From Klebsormidium nitens (taxonomy: Eukaryota > Plantae > Klebsormidiophyceae): 64,000 nt of DNA. This document shows, in pieces, positions 51,845-64,000 of the stretch. The stretch covers positions 1 through 64,000 of the forward strand of contig DF237137.1 in the NCBI GenBank assembly GCA_000708835.1, read 5' to 3'. The notes under the pieces are model-generated. The model worked only from the letters and a program-made list of their open reading frames with translations. It made no database searches and was not told where the DNA came from. How positions within the stretch are numbered: position 1 is the first letter of the stretch; every line of letters starts with the position of its first letter. Both the position numbers and the translations under genes were made by a program.

Positions 51845-54681
51845 TCACGGCCGCCCTCTCAACGCCCACACTGCAAGGCTGGCCAGCACCAACACTTTGA
51901 CCACCTCCAGCGCGCCAAAAATCTCGTGGATATCGCGTTTGGGCACGGGCTGCATAACCGACTCCGCAATCTCTGCCTGAAGGGAGGCCTTGGAGGCCGG
52001 GAGATCCTCTGCAGGGGCCTGGGCGATCGTCCACCGGGCACGTTGCTCGAGCCCCGGTTCCAGCCACTCCCACTGCCAGGGGGAACGGTGGCTTAGTTAC
52101 TTACTTGGTTGTTACCTCGAACAGAAGCGGGCATACGGAAGCACCCAGACTCTAAAGACGCAACGGCCAAGCATCCAGAGCTCGTGTGTCCAGAGCTCTT
52201 GCGTGTTTGAAGACCTCGTCGCACAAATAAGGGTGACCAACCTCGCAGGTCGAGCGTCCAGTGGTTTGATATCAAAAGGTTTGGCATCGGGGCTTTCCTC
52301 GAATGAACCGACCCTCTCTCTAATGTTATGCACATCTGCCCTCCTTGCTTCAACCATACCACAAAGTGAGCCGGGCTCTGGTAAGCAGATCGAACCTTTT
52401 CAGCAGCACGGACGTGGCCATTCCGGTGCCAGAACACAAAATGGTATTGAAGAGATGTGAAGGAAGGACCGACTGAACTTCACCAGCAGTGTGACAAAAT
52501 CAGGCATCAGAACTTGGAACTCATGAACGCGGTAGGATGAGACAAGAGGATCTATGTGCAGCACACACGTTCAACTATCAAACATATTCACGAACCTGAA
52601 TGCAAGTGACGCGTTGAGCGCCGTGACTTCATAGACAGCACGACTCGCATAGAGACTCTGACCAAGGAAAGGGAAAGGAAAGTAGAGAACGGAATCGAAC
52701 GGATTGATGAAGCGAACGGGAGTGGAAAACAACAAACGGAACGCATCTCGGCTGCAGCGGGTTGAGGATCGGTGAAAAGCAACTAGGATGGCAATCCAAG
52801 CTTACGGATGCAATTCGCTATTGCTCCTCATGGCAAAAGCGGCTCCATTAGGACCGACGAACGGTGTGGATGAAAAGGAACGGGACAGAAGCGAAGCGAA
52901 CATATCCGTTCTATACGCAGATACCACCACCGAAGGAACCCATAGGAATGGATGGGGTCATATCCACAACCTCAGCGGAAGGCTGAAACGCCAAACAGAG
53001 GGGCCCTTCTTGGCCGAATCTGCTTTCGCAACAGAATATCAATCCAACGAACGGAATGGACGGAACGAACGGAAACGATCCCACCTGCAGCAGGACTACC
53101 GCCATAAGCACCGGCACCACAAACGGCGGGCCCCAGGGGCGGACCCCCGCATCGGCGAGCAGCGCAACGAGCGCGAGGTAGAGCAGCTTTTCAACGTACG
53201 ACTTGGCGGCAAACACGTGGCGCCCGACGTCGACTGCGACCGCGCGCGTAATCAGCGGGGCGCGGAACTTCACCTAAGAAGCAGGAAAAGGAGGAGGGAG
53301 CTGGTTACGGAAGCGAGCTCGTTGATTTGATAGTAGCTTGTGAATGATCAGTGGTCAGAACGGACCGCCCGCGTAATAAAGAAAAACCCTGACGGCAGTG
53401 GTGTGAGGGAGACTTGCAATAAGAAATTGAGGCTTAGCTGCAGACCCCGAATATAAGACAGCAAGCGTCATCAGGTGGGGCGGGTCTTGACCCTGGCAGG
53501 GGGAAAGAGGGTCCCGGGAAAAAGTAAGACACAACGAACTCAAAACAGATAGTAAGCGTTCAGGAAAGTTCGCACGTTGGGGGCCCAGAACTTCAGCTCC
53601 CCGTTGGGGGTGGTCAAAAAGAAGGAGGAAGTACGAACCTGCATAATGGGTCAGAACGAGTGAACAAAGCCAACGATCCCTTCGTCAATCGTTTCAACCG
53701 AAAAAAGGATGAGCCCTCAATCTTTCATTCCGGAGATAAGAGAGGCAAGTCCGCATTTGCAACCTCATCAAGTCCGCTTGAAGGTGTGGTAGCGAAATGC
53801 GTGGCCCTTGACCAAGTCATGCGAGCAGAATCAGAACAATATTCCAAACGCAGAAACATATGATGTAGCCTGTCGAAGCTTCTAGATATAAAATACTCAT
53901 AGAAAGAAAGCAACACACTTTGTCGTCGAATCAAAGATGACTTCTGAACGAAGAGCAATGACGGAATGCAGCTCACCCAAGCTTCCAGGAACGAGATCCC
54001 CAGCACGACACCGAGCCAGACGAGCGACAACGCCCCCGCTGCAAGCCTCGCACCTTTCCCGAACACTCGGACCCCCATCAGGCTCGTCCAAAGCGTCCCG
54101 GCAAGAACGGCCATCAGAAGCAGCCTCTTCGGCGGCAGATTGGTCCATGTGGCCATGTTTGGCGGCTCTCCAATTGCCTGATCTGGTGCCGGCGTGCCCT
54201 GTACTGTTGCTTGAGGGTTGTAGCTGACTGTCCCCACCCTACTGTCTCCGGAGAAGTAAACAAAGCCTGGGTGGCCGGACGGTCCCGGGGATTCTTCCTC
54301 AGCAGTGGGATAGATTGGCGGTGGTTGGTTTTCAAAGTGGGTGGAGGATGAGGGAGCAGCGGATGTTCGTGCGGATTGTGGGGGCTCGATCGAAGCAGAT
54401 GCAAGCGGTCTTAGTGTTTGCAAGGAAGGGTCAGCCAAGCTTCTCCTCCACCGAACTGATCGTATGTGTGTGATTGGACTCTCAAGGAAATGAGGTGGCT
54501 CAGGGGGTTTTCTGAGCAATGCTGGTCTGGAGTGCGTCAAGCGAGCACTGTATCCTATTGGCCTTCGGAAGCACTGGGAGCGGAGGTTTGCATGCAACCG
54601 ACAGTTCTCTTGCAGACTGTGAGTAAGTATGCTGCTTTGACTGCTGAGATGGACCTGACCAGCAACTATTGTGATGGCCAT
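51845..54681 (-). CDS. DUF4149/TMEM205-like membrane protein with probable plastid transit peptide, 3 exons
   Basis: Phase-0 exons 53977-54681, 53085-53273, 51845-52072 give ...GISFLEAW|VKFRAPLITRAVAVDVGRHVF...LQ|WEWLEPGLEQRAR...HEIFGALEVVKVLVL...*. Family call is from remembered motif resemblance. Confidence 0.75.
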
Positions 54682-55524
54682 CGAATCCCACAAAATCCAG
54701 ACCTACTCCAAACACTTTCTGTACTTCTCTTTCAATCTGCGGCAGCAATTCCCTGATCAAAGTTGATGCAGCAGTGGTGTGCCAGAACCTGCACCGGTTC
54801 AAGCTGAACTAAGCTATAGCAGCTAGCCCATCAACTCGGACAGCCTGCTGATCAACAAACAGACAGCGCTAGATCCAAACTGATTTAAAGACCTCTTCAT
54901 TTGTCCCCGCCATCAGATAAGACAACTCAGAAACGCCATCGATTCTTCTTCTGCGATTTGAAGAGCAGCTTGCATGCGTCCAACTGAGAGTTCTTCTCCG
55001 AACAAAGTTCCTGCTGAATCCCAAGCTTTGATCCGTGCCTTGCTGCTTGCACCGCTTCAGGACCTTCTTCAAGTTCTTGTTTGCACGAGCCAATGGCAGT
55101 GGCAATGCTGAGCCTGTCCTGCCCATCTGTATGGATACAAATTCAATGATAACGTTGAGGTGTACTAAACCAGATTTTCGAAATGCACAGCATTGTTGAC
55201 AGCGTCATGTTGGCAAGGCTTCAAGTACCAATGGACCGCCCGTTGTGTCAAAGGATGATCAAAGTTGTCAAAATCAGATTTACCAGGTTAAAGCAAACCC
55301 TGATCTCAAAGCAAGACTGTGAACAGTCTGCTTTTGCCACAGGCAATGCCATTGAATTTGCACTTCGCATATGCAGCATTCAACAAGCCGCAACAAGGCG
55401 CAAGAGTTTCGCTTGTACCTTTCTTCTTTTGGCATGCCAATAAGTTTCCAGGGGTTCAAGCAAATGTTCCTGAAGGTCCTGACTTTCCAGCTGAATCCAC
55501 CATTCTGAGGGCCTTCTTGATTCG

Positions 55525-58500
55525 ATGGCGGTAGCCTTGTCGGTGCTCCCCATAACATGGTTTTCTCAAGCCCCTGTGCGACTAAAGAGTGAAAGCAGTC
55601 CTACGACAAGTTCTTCAATCTGCAGCGTTGAACATATCTGCACTGTAAAGCATTCAAGGATTGCCTCATGTAGAGACCAAAAGAGGTGGTACGTGAAAAG
55701 AGCAGGAAGTGTTAGGCATCAACAACCACGACGAGTTGTAATGGCAGCCATCCAAGCTGAGAATGCGGCAAGTGCAAGCGCAACAGAGAATGCACCGACG
55801 TCGTCTATTTCTGTGATGGTCAACGTGAGGCGCCGTAACTCCGACTGCAGTTATGCACTTGGCTTTGAGGGTTATCCAACGGGAAAAGAGGTGTAAACAA
55901 GACATCTCCTAGCAAAGAAAGCTGAGTTTAGGAGGATAGGCCTGGTCGTAAGGACTTCTGCCAGTTCAGTAATCTGGTCAAACGCATTTTGATCCGCTGC
56001 TCATCAAGTTAAAAGAACTGCATGAATTCTTTACTTTCAAGCGATGCAGCGGTGGCAGGCTTCTATCACAGGCAGATCCCACTTTTACGTCGTGTCAACT
56101 TTAAGACATGAGTACTGGTTGGTCTTACATTGCTCCTTATTCCCAAATTGGGCCGTCATTATCAGAGTGCAGATCCTGAAACCAGCGGTTTTATGTGCAC
56201 GCCCTGTTTTCTCAGAATCAAGTCTGTATCTCTTTAGTTCTCAGACTTTCATGACACTTTTTGTCCGACAATTGACACTGATTTCATCCACAGGACTGCT
56301 CAGGGAAGATGGGCCATGCAGTAGCGGAAGCTGCGGTGGCAGCAGGACTGAACCTGGTGCCTCTAGCGATAACCGGACCAAAGATGGGGAACAGCAGAGT
56401 GGCGTGCGGGGGGGTGGCCGTTCAAATTATCGGAGCGGAAGAACGGGACAGCGTGTTTGACCGTGTGCTGAACGAGTATCCCAACGTGATCGTGGTGGAT
56501 TATACCCTGCCTGCCGCGGTGAACAGTGAGTCCACAACCTTCGCTCTTTTCCAAGACGATGCAATTGTCTTGTGGGACATGATGCTTTTGCATTCAATTT
56601 GAAGCACATGGCTTATTGGACACTTTTGATCCATTCGTCAAGTCCCTATGACTGACTGAAGGCAAGCTTTCAAAGTCCTTCGCCTCATCTGCTGATTGTC
56701 CGTCTGCTTACATCGAAAGTGTCCCTATGGCTGTGGCGGTATGCACTTTTCAGGCAAATATAATCTACCTAAAGAATCCTGGAATCCAACCTTCTCCAGA
56801 TACGTTGACATGCCCATTGTCTCGACCACTTTGAATGAGGCTTCTATCAAGTCTCATGAGAAGTTCTCGTCATGGCTTTCCGTCCACCAACAGAGGACTG
56901 CGTGTGGAGTCTCGAAAACACAACATAGGGCTGTCAGGAGCTCCGATGTTCATAACCAGGTGGTTCTTGTATCTATCAGGCAACGCCGAATACTACATAT
57001 CGAGAGGGGTGCCTTTTGTGATGGGGACGACTGGGGGCGACCGAACAAAATTGATAGACACCGTCAAGAAGGCCGGCACCTACGCTGTCATCGCCCCGCA
57101 AATGGGCAAGCAAGTAAGCTCATTCATCCCCTTGTTGATCGCTTGGCACGTCTAACGCTAGCTGGGCCGAACTGCCTCATGCTGGTCCCAAAGGGAGCCG
57201 ATTGAGTCGATGACTGGATGGGTCAGTTTGTGTGATAGGCAAGGAGATGAAGTAGAGCCCGACTGCCGAATCTGACTCAAAGTGCCAGTGTTTGGTGAAG
57301 ATTTGGTGGCCTCCCAGAGTGGTTTACACATCTTGTCCAGGCCATCAGATCTAGCGATAAGAAGCTTCAAGTGCTCGCTAGTTGATTGAAATTACTGCCC
57401 ACTTATTCCTCCAAAACGTATCATCATGAAACTCACATCGTAGCGGCCGACGCTCTCCGGCGGAAAGCCTGCGGTTACGTCCACCCATGCGACGGCTGTG
57501 TCTCGTTACAAGAGCTGTTCCCTTATAGAGGAAGCATCTGCTCTGGCTGGTGGCTTCTCTTTGTTGGTCCCTTCCTAGGTCGACGACGGGTTTTAAAACA
57601 AGATTAGCAATTGAATCGGTGCCGTTTGACTACAACCTTTCACGACCTTCTTTTCTGACATTCATGCTTTTTCCACACGGTGAAGCAAGCCACAAGACGC
57701 GAGGTTTCCCTTGTGCTGATACCGCTCACAGCCTTATCAACGAGCGAGTAACCAGCACCATTGACCAAAACTTTCCTGCGTCTGAGGTGATGGAGTTTCA
57801 GGCTGCGGTGCCACGTATACAGAACCTGATTCCTCTCCTCTTCGACCCAGATCGATATTGCTCTGCGTGTTGAAGTAACTCTGATCCAGCTGCTGAACCG
57901 GCGCCGGTTTCTTTGTTGCGGGCCACATTGTCCACGTTCCGAGCCGCGATGCTACATCCACCGTTTATATGTTGTTTTCATGCATCCCGGATCGACATCG
58001 AACTCTCGAACCAATCTGACCAGCTGTGTAACCTGTGCCGGTTGACCGGATTCTTCTCCGTGCCAGGTGGTGATGTTCCAAGCCGCGATGCTACATCCAC
58101 AGAAATTGTTTTCTCTTTCATAAACCCCGGAGATCGTGGAAATGAACTAACTCTTACCCAGCTGTTTAACCTGCGCCGGTTAAACTGACTCATTCCGCGT
58201 GCCAGGTGGTGACGTTCCAAGCCGCGATGCTACATCCACAAGATTGTTTCTCCTTTCAATGAATCCCGGACATGAACTAACTCTTAAGCAGCTGTCTAAC
58301 CTGCGCCGGTTCACCTAACCAATCCAGCGTGCCAGGCAGTGACGTTCCAATCCAGCGTGCCAAGCGGTGACGTTCCAAGCCGCGATGCTACATCCACACA
58401 AACCGTTTTTTCCCCCCATGAACCCCTGAAATTGTGGAAATGAACTAACTCCTAACCAGCTGTTTAACCTGCGCCTGTTCACCTAACCCTTCCCGTATGC

Positions 58501-60330
58501 CAGGTGGTGGCGTTCCAAGCCGCGATGGACATCATGGCGCAGAACTTCCCGGGCGCATTTGCGGGGTATACACTAAAGGTCACCGAGTCGCATCAGTCGA
58601 GCAAAGTGGACACGTCCGGTACAGCAAAGGCGATCGTCGAGTACTTCCAGAAGCTGGGCGTCAAGTTCAACGTGGACGAGGTGAGGGGCTGCTGTTGAAC
58701 CAATCTTGTCTCTTCTTCGTCTTCCATTTTGAAGTCTGCTTCTGTTATTTCTTTCTTCCTCCTCTTCGTCTTGCCCTTTCCTGACAAACCAATTTGCTGT
58801 TCGTTTCTCGCTCCTCTTCGCCTTAGTTTTCTTCCGTCATCTCCTCTAAAAACATTCTCTCTTCAATTCGCTAACGTCCACATTGGAACGTTCATGCTCC
58901 AACTGCCTCAAGCTTCTGCGGTTGACGACTCAGGATTGCGAAACCCTCTGTATCTTGGAATCCCTACATCGTGATCTGGCAGAAACTTTACATCGCTAGA
59001 TCCTGGAACTTCGTTTTCCGAAGCCCTCATATCTCGAAGAAGGGCGTCTCGTTTGCAGATCGAGCGGGTGCGAGACCCCTCGGAGCAGGTGCGGCGGATG
59101 CACGTGCCCGAGGATTACCTTGGGGGCCACGCCTTCCATACGTATAAGCTATTGTCACCAGACGGCACGTGAGTATCCGTTCTTGCGGGACGGTACTGCT
59201 ACAGCAGCCGTGATCGCTGCACCTGCTTTTGCAACTGTGATTCGTCTGCAATTGTGTTTTGGAATGAACAGTATTTTCCACCGAACCGAGTCACTTTGCT
59301 GTGGTTTGAACGTTAACCGGAAAGGCGTACCCTGCTTGGAGCAGTGGATATGTGCACATCAGGCCACGTCACATGCGTACAATCTGGCCCGGTCGCAAAG
59401 CTTAGTAGCCGTGCAGTGCTTCGAAACGGGCCATCTAACGCCTCAATTTTTGCGAGCCGTGTAGGGAGGCACCAACCGGCACTTCTTCGATAGACCCCTA
59501 GTAGCCCACCCAATAATTTGTGGACAGCAGACGTCTCTTGAGAGCCGGCAGTAGCTGGCCGTCAAAGGCATCTTTACTGGACCTTACATTGAATTTGCGC
59601 CCAGTCTATCCCCACCCTGGAAGATGCTCCGCCACTGTAGCAGAGACGATACAATACGCTCAGGAAGTGAAAGCGGCGAGTTTGCGGGGCTTTGTGGACG
59701 TCAATCATGTGCCTTGGTGTGGTCAGCAAACACACGTAGGAGGAGTTGTAGGCTGTTAGGCACAGCAAATGAGAAGGCTCGAAATGATTCTGTTCGTCCG
59801 TTGGTCAAGCTTGTGGAGTATGTCGATCTTACAGAGTCCGACGGAAAAGAACAACGCTCACAGGGTCATGGGTTTCTTGATTCGTTTTGATGCAGAGTTG
59901 CGTTTGAGTTCCAACATAACGTCATGGGCCGCAGCATATACGCTCAGGGGACCGTCGATGCAGTGCTCTTCCTTGCAAAGAAGGTAAGCCTTATGGCGGA
60001 TTATTAAGCGAGGCTGGAAAGTTGTTCGCAGGTTTCTTCACAACATCTTCCATATGCAGACTTGGCACTCTATTCGTGGCAGCCATTGGAAGTCTGCAGT
60101 AGGCAAAACGTCCAGCCTTTCGGTCTGAAGCAGCCTTGGTCTACACGAGAATTCGCAGAAGCAGAGGGAAAAAATGAGATACATATTTGTTCGTTCTTCG
60201 ATCAGGAATGTGTGGGCTGCCTTTAGACTCAAGAATCTGATTATTGGTTGGACTGTTGCAGGTCAGGGAGGGTGCCGACCAGAAACTGTACAACATGATT
60301 GATGTTCTGAAAGAAGGAAGCATGCGGTAG
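55525..60330 (+). CDS. DAPB: 4-hydroxy-tetrahydrodipicolinate reductase (plant DAPB1/2 type), plastid, 7 exons
   Basis: Exons 55525-55824, 56294-56525, 56980-57113, 58504-58680, 59059-59168, 59896-59983, 60262-60330. Motifs SGKMG, VVDYT, PFVMGTTGGD, PQMGKQVVAF, ESHQSSKVDTSGTAK, GHAFH, FEFQHNV, YNMIDVL. Confidence 0.95.
57900..58530 (+). repeat. About 125-bp tandem array in DAPB intron 3; each unit ends in a copy of the exon-4 acceptor and first codons
   Basis: ttccaagccgcgatgctacatccac recurs at ~58076, ~58215, ~58373 (variant ~57937); gctgt(t/c/g)taacctg(c/t)gcc recurs at ~58023, ~58160, ~58290, ~58460. Confidence 0.9.
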
Positions 60331-60993
60331 CAGCCTGATTCTGAGTATCAGGAGGAAACTGAGGCTCGTTCGTCAAACGATTCACAAGCGTCACAATCGT
60401 GATTGCATAGCCTTCTTCTTCGCCTGGAGACGCTTGGAACCGCCTTCGCGGGTCTCTGTTGTACCAGGTTCTAAGAAGTTGCCACGAGCTTTGGCACGTA
60501 AGGTGCCGCCAGGCTCGCGTCAATTCCAATGACGAGCATTACATAAGAATAAACCGAATTGACCCTGTCTTGGCCTAAACATATCCCCTCCTTGTTTCCT
60601 CCATAAAACCTTTGTAAGTGCTCGCTTTCATGTTTCTGATCATTTTCAAAGGAAGTGACGGCTTACGACGCAGCCGCCTAGGTCTTCGAGACCGCTCGTC
60701 CGATTGTGCACGGAGCATGGTCTAGCTATAATACTGCGATATAGGTTTGTTTGCATGGGCCCTGGGGCTGGCGGCCGGCCGCCTGCGCCCCGATCGGCAA
60801 ACTCGGCCGGCCGACTTGTCCCGCGTTGCGCCCACGACGCAAGCTGCTCCCTTGCGCTCCTATATATACATGACCGGCCCGCCTCGGAGAGGCGGCGGGG
60901 GCTTGCCTCTAAACGCCGTTACATGCGTGTATGTGTGATTGCTGAGGATTTATGAGAACGGATGAATGTGAGATAAGAATTATAGGAGTCATA

Positions 60994-61515
60994 TCATGGT
61001 ATTCCGGGAAATCGTTCTAGGTGGATGCCACCCGCTTCTACAACTTTTAGTCCGTTTGTGCTTGTTCTAATCTGGGGTATGCCGAGTATAAGATTGTTTA
61101 TAGTGTCGCTCATGTGCGCGTCTACAAACTGCTGCTTGGAGATGTCAAATCGTTTTGCTGCTGACTGGTAGCATGAGAAAATTGCTTGTTGCATGGACCT
61201 GTTATCTTTTGGAAGACCGAAGACGTGACAAACGTCGTGATCGGGCAGGACGTCGTCCCTTATCGCACTAAAAAGTCTATCTACAGCCCATTCTAACGTG
61301 AATCTAGCTATTTCTATCCGGTTGTCTTCCGTTATCGGACAGCTAAATTTAGACAGAGCACGACATCTGGATTTATGGATTTTCCAGTGCTTCTTCTGGT
61401 GTTCTTTGCTACAGTAGTGCACTGATTTGCATTGATAGCAGCGGAAATCAGCAAACGACTGACACACTTGGCAGACTTCTGACGTTGTTACCACGTGCTC
61501 TGGTGACTCTGACAT
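60994..61515 (-). CDS. MYND-type zinc-finger protein, 173 aa, intronless
   Basis: CQVC-x7-CYQC-x4-YCSKEHQKKHWKIHKSRC is a complete zf-MYND signature. Confidence 0.8.
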   Translation of the reverse strand: MSESPEHVVTTSEVCQVCQSFADFRCYQCKSVHYCSKEHQKKHWKIHKSRCRALSKFSCPITEDNRIEIARFTLEWAVDRLFSAIRDDVLPDHDVCHVFGLPKDNRSMQQAIFSCYQSAAKRFDISKQQFVDAHMSDTINNLILGIPQIRTSTNGLKVVEAGGIHLERFPGIP

Positions 61516-61524
61516 TCGTAGGGT

Positions 61525-63470
61525 TTACGTGTCGCCGTAGAGGGTTTTAGTGCCGCGCGGTCCCTTGGGGGCGGCCGCGGTCGCGCGTGCAGCGGCGTGA
61601 GGGAACAGCGCGTCGGGCCCGGGTTTGACGTCTGAGTAAGGGGAGGAGGTTTCGGGGTCGAATGTTTCGGTTGCTTCGTAAGGGGGGGAAGGAGCGTCGT
61701 CTACGGTGGGGTCGTAGTTCGTGGGGGCGTTGGGGCCTGGAGTTGCTGCGTCATCGGGGGAGAGGACGATGCCCGGGGGACTTGTGGCGTTTTGGGTGGG
61801 CTTCGATGTCTTCTCGCACTTGAGGGTCGTGGGTCGGCCGCCGGTTGCGGCTTGGGCTGCCTGGCTGTCCGAGTCCGGGGTGTCGATGACGTCAGCTGCG
61901 GGAGTGTACAGAATGGAGGAATTAGTGTTATTGAGTTAAAGATATGTAGATGGCGTGAAAGTATGGATTGATTGTGGTAGTATTGCGCTTCAAAGCAGAA
62001 CTGTGTTTGGAATTCGTTGACGATGCGTGCAGGAGGGATTTTGCACACAAGGGGGTTGCAGCAACTTAGTACGTGTGGTATGTGAATGCATCAACTGATT
62101 GTCAGTCGATGGTCCGGGCAGCGCAGATTGGGAGAAGATTGAATACGCGTCTTGCATTTAGGTTAGTGGAATTGTTCTAGAAACTTACCGAGTTTGCGCA
62201 GCTTGCGGCTCTTCGCAGGTGGGGGTTCGTGCAGAAGGTAGAACACTGTGTGCGCGTTGCTTTGGACATCTGTGCCGAGCTTAATCTCCCTCACCTGCAA
62301 GAAGTTGGAAGAATGGAGGTAGTTAGAATGAGAGTATGCGTAGATCATTGGCAGAGGATGAGGGGCGCCAAAAATTGGGTCAATAAATGAGCATAAGAGT
62401 GCATTGCAGAAGGAGTTCGAAACAGTGTGAGTGTTCTCTTGCGCAAGAGATTGTTTGGTGTACAAATTGGAAGAGTATATGAGTAGAAGAACAAAGGCGC
62501 AGATAGAAGAACAGTGTGAATGTCTTGTTGCGTGGACAGTTCGTCCGGTCTTGATGCTTACGTGATAGTCCGTTTCGGGATCAGCACTGCCCACGATATG
62601 TGCGCTCAGTTGAGTGGCGACGTCCTTGGGTGCGATGTTGGAGATGACTGTATCGTGATGGGCGCGAGCTTGTTGTTCTCCCCGGACGAGCGCGATGTGG
62701 AGTGTCTTCACAGCTACGCGCAGGCGCCGTGCGTCGTCTTTGTCAACGGCCAGGACGTACTTGAGCAGCTTCGTGATCTGAGAGTTGCGGGTGTGGAATT
62801 CCTGCGAGAAGGGGAAAACCGAAGTTAATTGGATTCAGTTTCTGGTTTATTGGCTTTTTCGTTTTGCAGCTGGCTGGGGGGTCTGTGGAGAATTTGAGAG
62901 AAGTAGAGGATGTTTCATTTCATTTTAGTAACTGTTGTGATTAGAAAGAGGAAGTTAAGCAGAATTCGGTGACCAGAGTCATTGTAGTCAACAGAAAGAC
63001 GAAGGCGGAGAAAGAGAAGGGGAGTCCATGAAGTCTGGTCGTAAGTTGGAGCAGGAGCACAGATGCGACGAAGATTTGCATGCTTTTGCGGAGACCTGCG
63101 TTGAGATTTTGATATGCTGAAGTAGGATACATTTACCATTTTGGATGTTGTATGCTGCCGAAGCTCAAAGTGTTACAAGGCTATGGCAAACGGCGGAATT
63201 GATAGCGCATGAGAGAGGTTTTTGTGAGGAATTTGTTGCAGCAGGTTGCATGCTTACTTTGTCCTGGGCCATAATGATGACGCCATGGTTGAATTGTTTG
63301 CAGTTGGCCGCCGTGCAGATGACGTCCTTGAAGTCCACCGGATTGCCGCCCGCCATCAGGACAAGAAACTCTCCCATCTTGGTGACGAAGGGCTTCATCT
63401 TTGGGCTGTCTATGTAACGGCACGACTGCGCACCGACTTCTGGCTGCGCGCCAAACTCGCGGCCGCGCAT
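61525..63470 (-). CDS. Hypothetical 4-exon protein with Pro/Thr/Asp-rich C-terminus
   Basis: Exons 63258-63470, 62562-62801, 62189-62294, 61525-61895; all three donors are GTAAG, acceptors are (T/C)GCAG, and phases are consistent. No domain recognised. Confidence 0.6.
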
Positions 63471-63609
63471 CGTCCGTTATTATACGCTATCGACTTATTT
63501 GATATATCGAATCACTACACGACACGTGTCTGGGTTACTGCTTCACCGCGTGACCGTCCGATAAGACCCACGTGCACCGCGTGCGAGGGAACCGTCCGAT
63601 CACCGAAGC

Positions 63610-63966
63610 NNNNNNNNNNNNNNNNNNNNNNNNNNNNNNNNNNNNNNNNNNNNNNNNNNNNNNNNNNNNNNNNNNNNNNNNNNNNNNNNNNNNNNNNNNN
63701 NNNNNNNNNNNNNNNNNNNNNNNNNNNNNNNNNNNNNNNNNNNNNNNNNNNNNNNNNNNNNNNNNNNNNNNNNNNNNNNNNNNNNNNNNNNNNNNNNNNN
63801 NNNNNNNNNNNNNNNNNNNNNNNNNNNNNNNNNNNNNNNNNNNNNNNNNNNNNNNNNNNNNNNNNNNNNNNNNNNNNNNNNNNNNNNNNNNNNNNNNNNN
63901 NNNNNNNNNNNNNNNNNNNNNNNNNNNNNNNNNNNNNNNNNNNNNNNNNNNNNNNNNNNNNNNNNN
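63610..63966. other. Assembly gap (N run)
   Basis: Continuous N. Confidence 1.
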
Positions 63967-64000
63967 TGTTCAGCGCCGCTTCAGTCTAGGTGGTAGTCGT

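Noticed and set aside
57900-58530. CRISPR-like array (25-nt repeat with ~100-nt spacers)
   Set aside because: Spacers are homologous to one another, the repeat matches the DAPB exon-4 junction, the host is eukaryotic and there are no cas genes.
60720-60900. Helitron 3' end (GC palindromes plus CTAG) downstream of the MYND ORF
   Set aside because: CTAG lies about 45 nt from the nearest palindrome rather than about 10-12 nt, and no 5' TC end or Rep/helicase is visible.
63246-63989. 247-aa ORF in the track
   Set aside because: Artefact of reading through the N gap; antisense to the modelled gene.

Overview
Intron-rich (GT-AG), moderately GC-rich eukaryotic nuclear DNA carrying streptophyte-type genes, several with apparent plastid transit peptides. 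The style fits a charophyte alga such as Klebsormidium (inference only). Splicing the ORF fragments by hand gives about 14 gene units on strictly alternating strands: 3' end of an MscS-like channel, two orphan genes, an intronless alpha/beta hydrolase, ABA4-like, SRAP/HMCES, phosphoserine phosphatase, an FkbM-family methyltransferase, plastid RPL3, a CAF-like double-CRM protein, a UBC4/5-type E2, a DUF4149-like membrane protein, DapB, and an orphan 4-exon gene followed in frame by a MYND-finger ORF next to an assembly gap. Non-coding structure: two copies of a MITE with 9-bp target-site duplications, a second TIR-bounded element, CATGCA-rich islands at tail-to-tail gene junctions and, most pervasively, decayed tandem copies of exon-intron junctions inside introns of at least 7 genes. 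All gene models are manual and unverified by transcripts.
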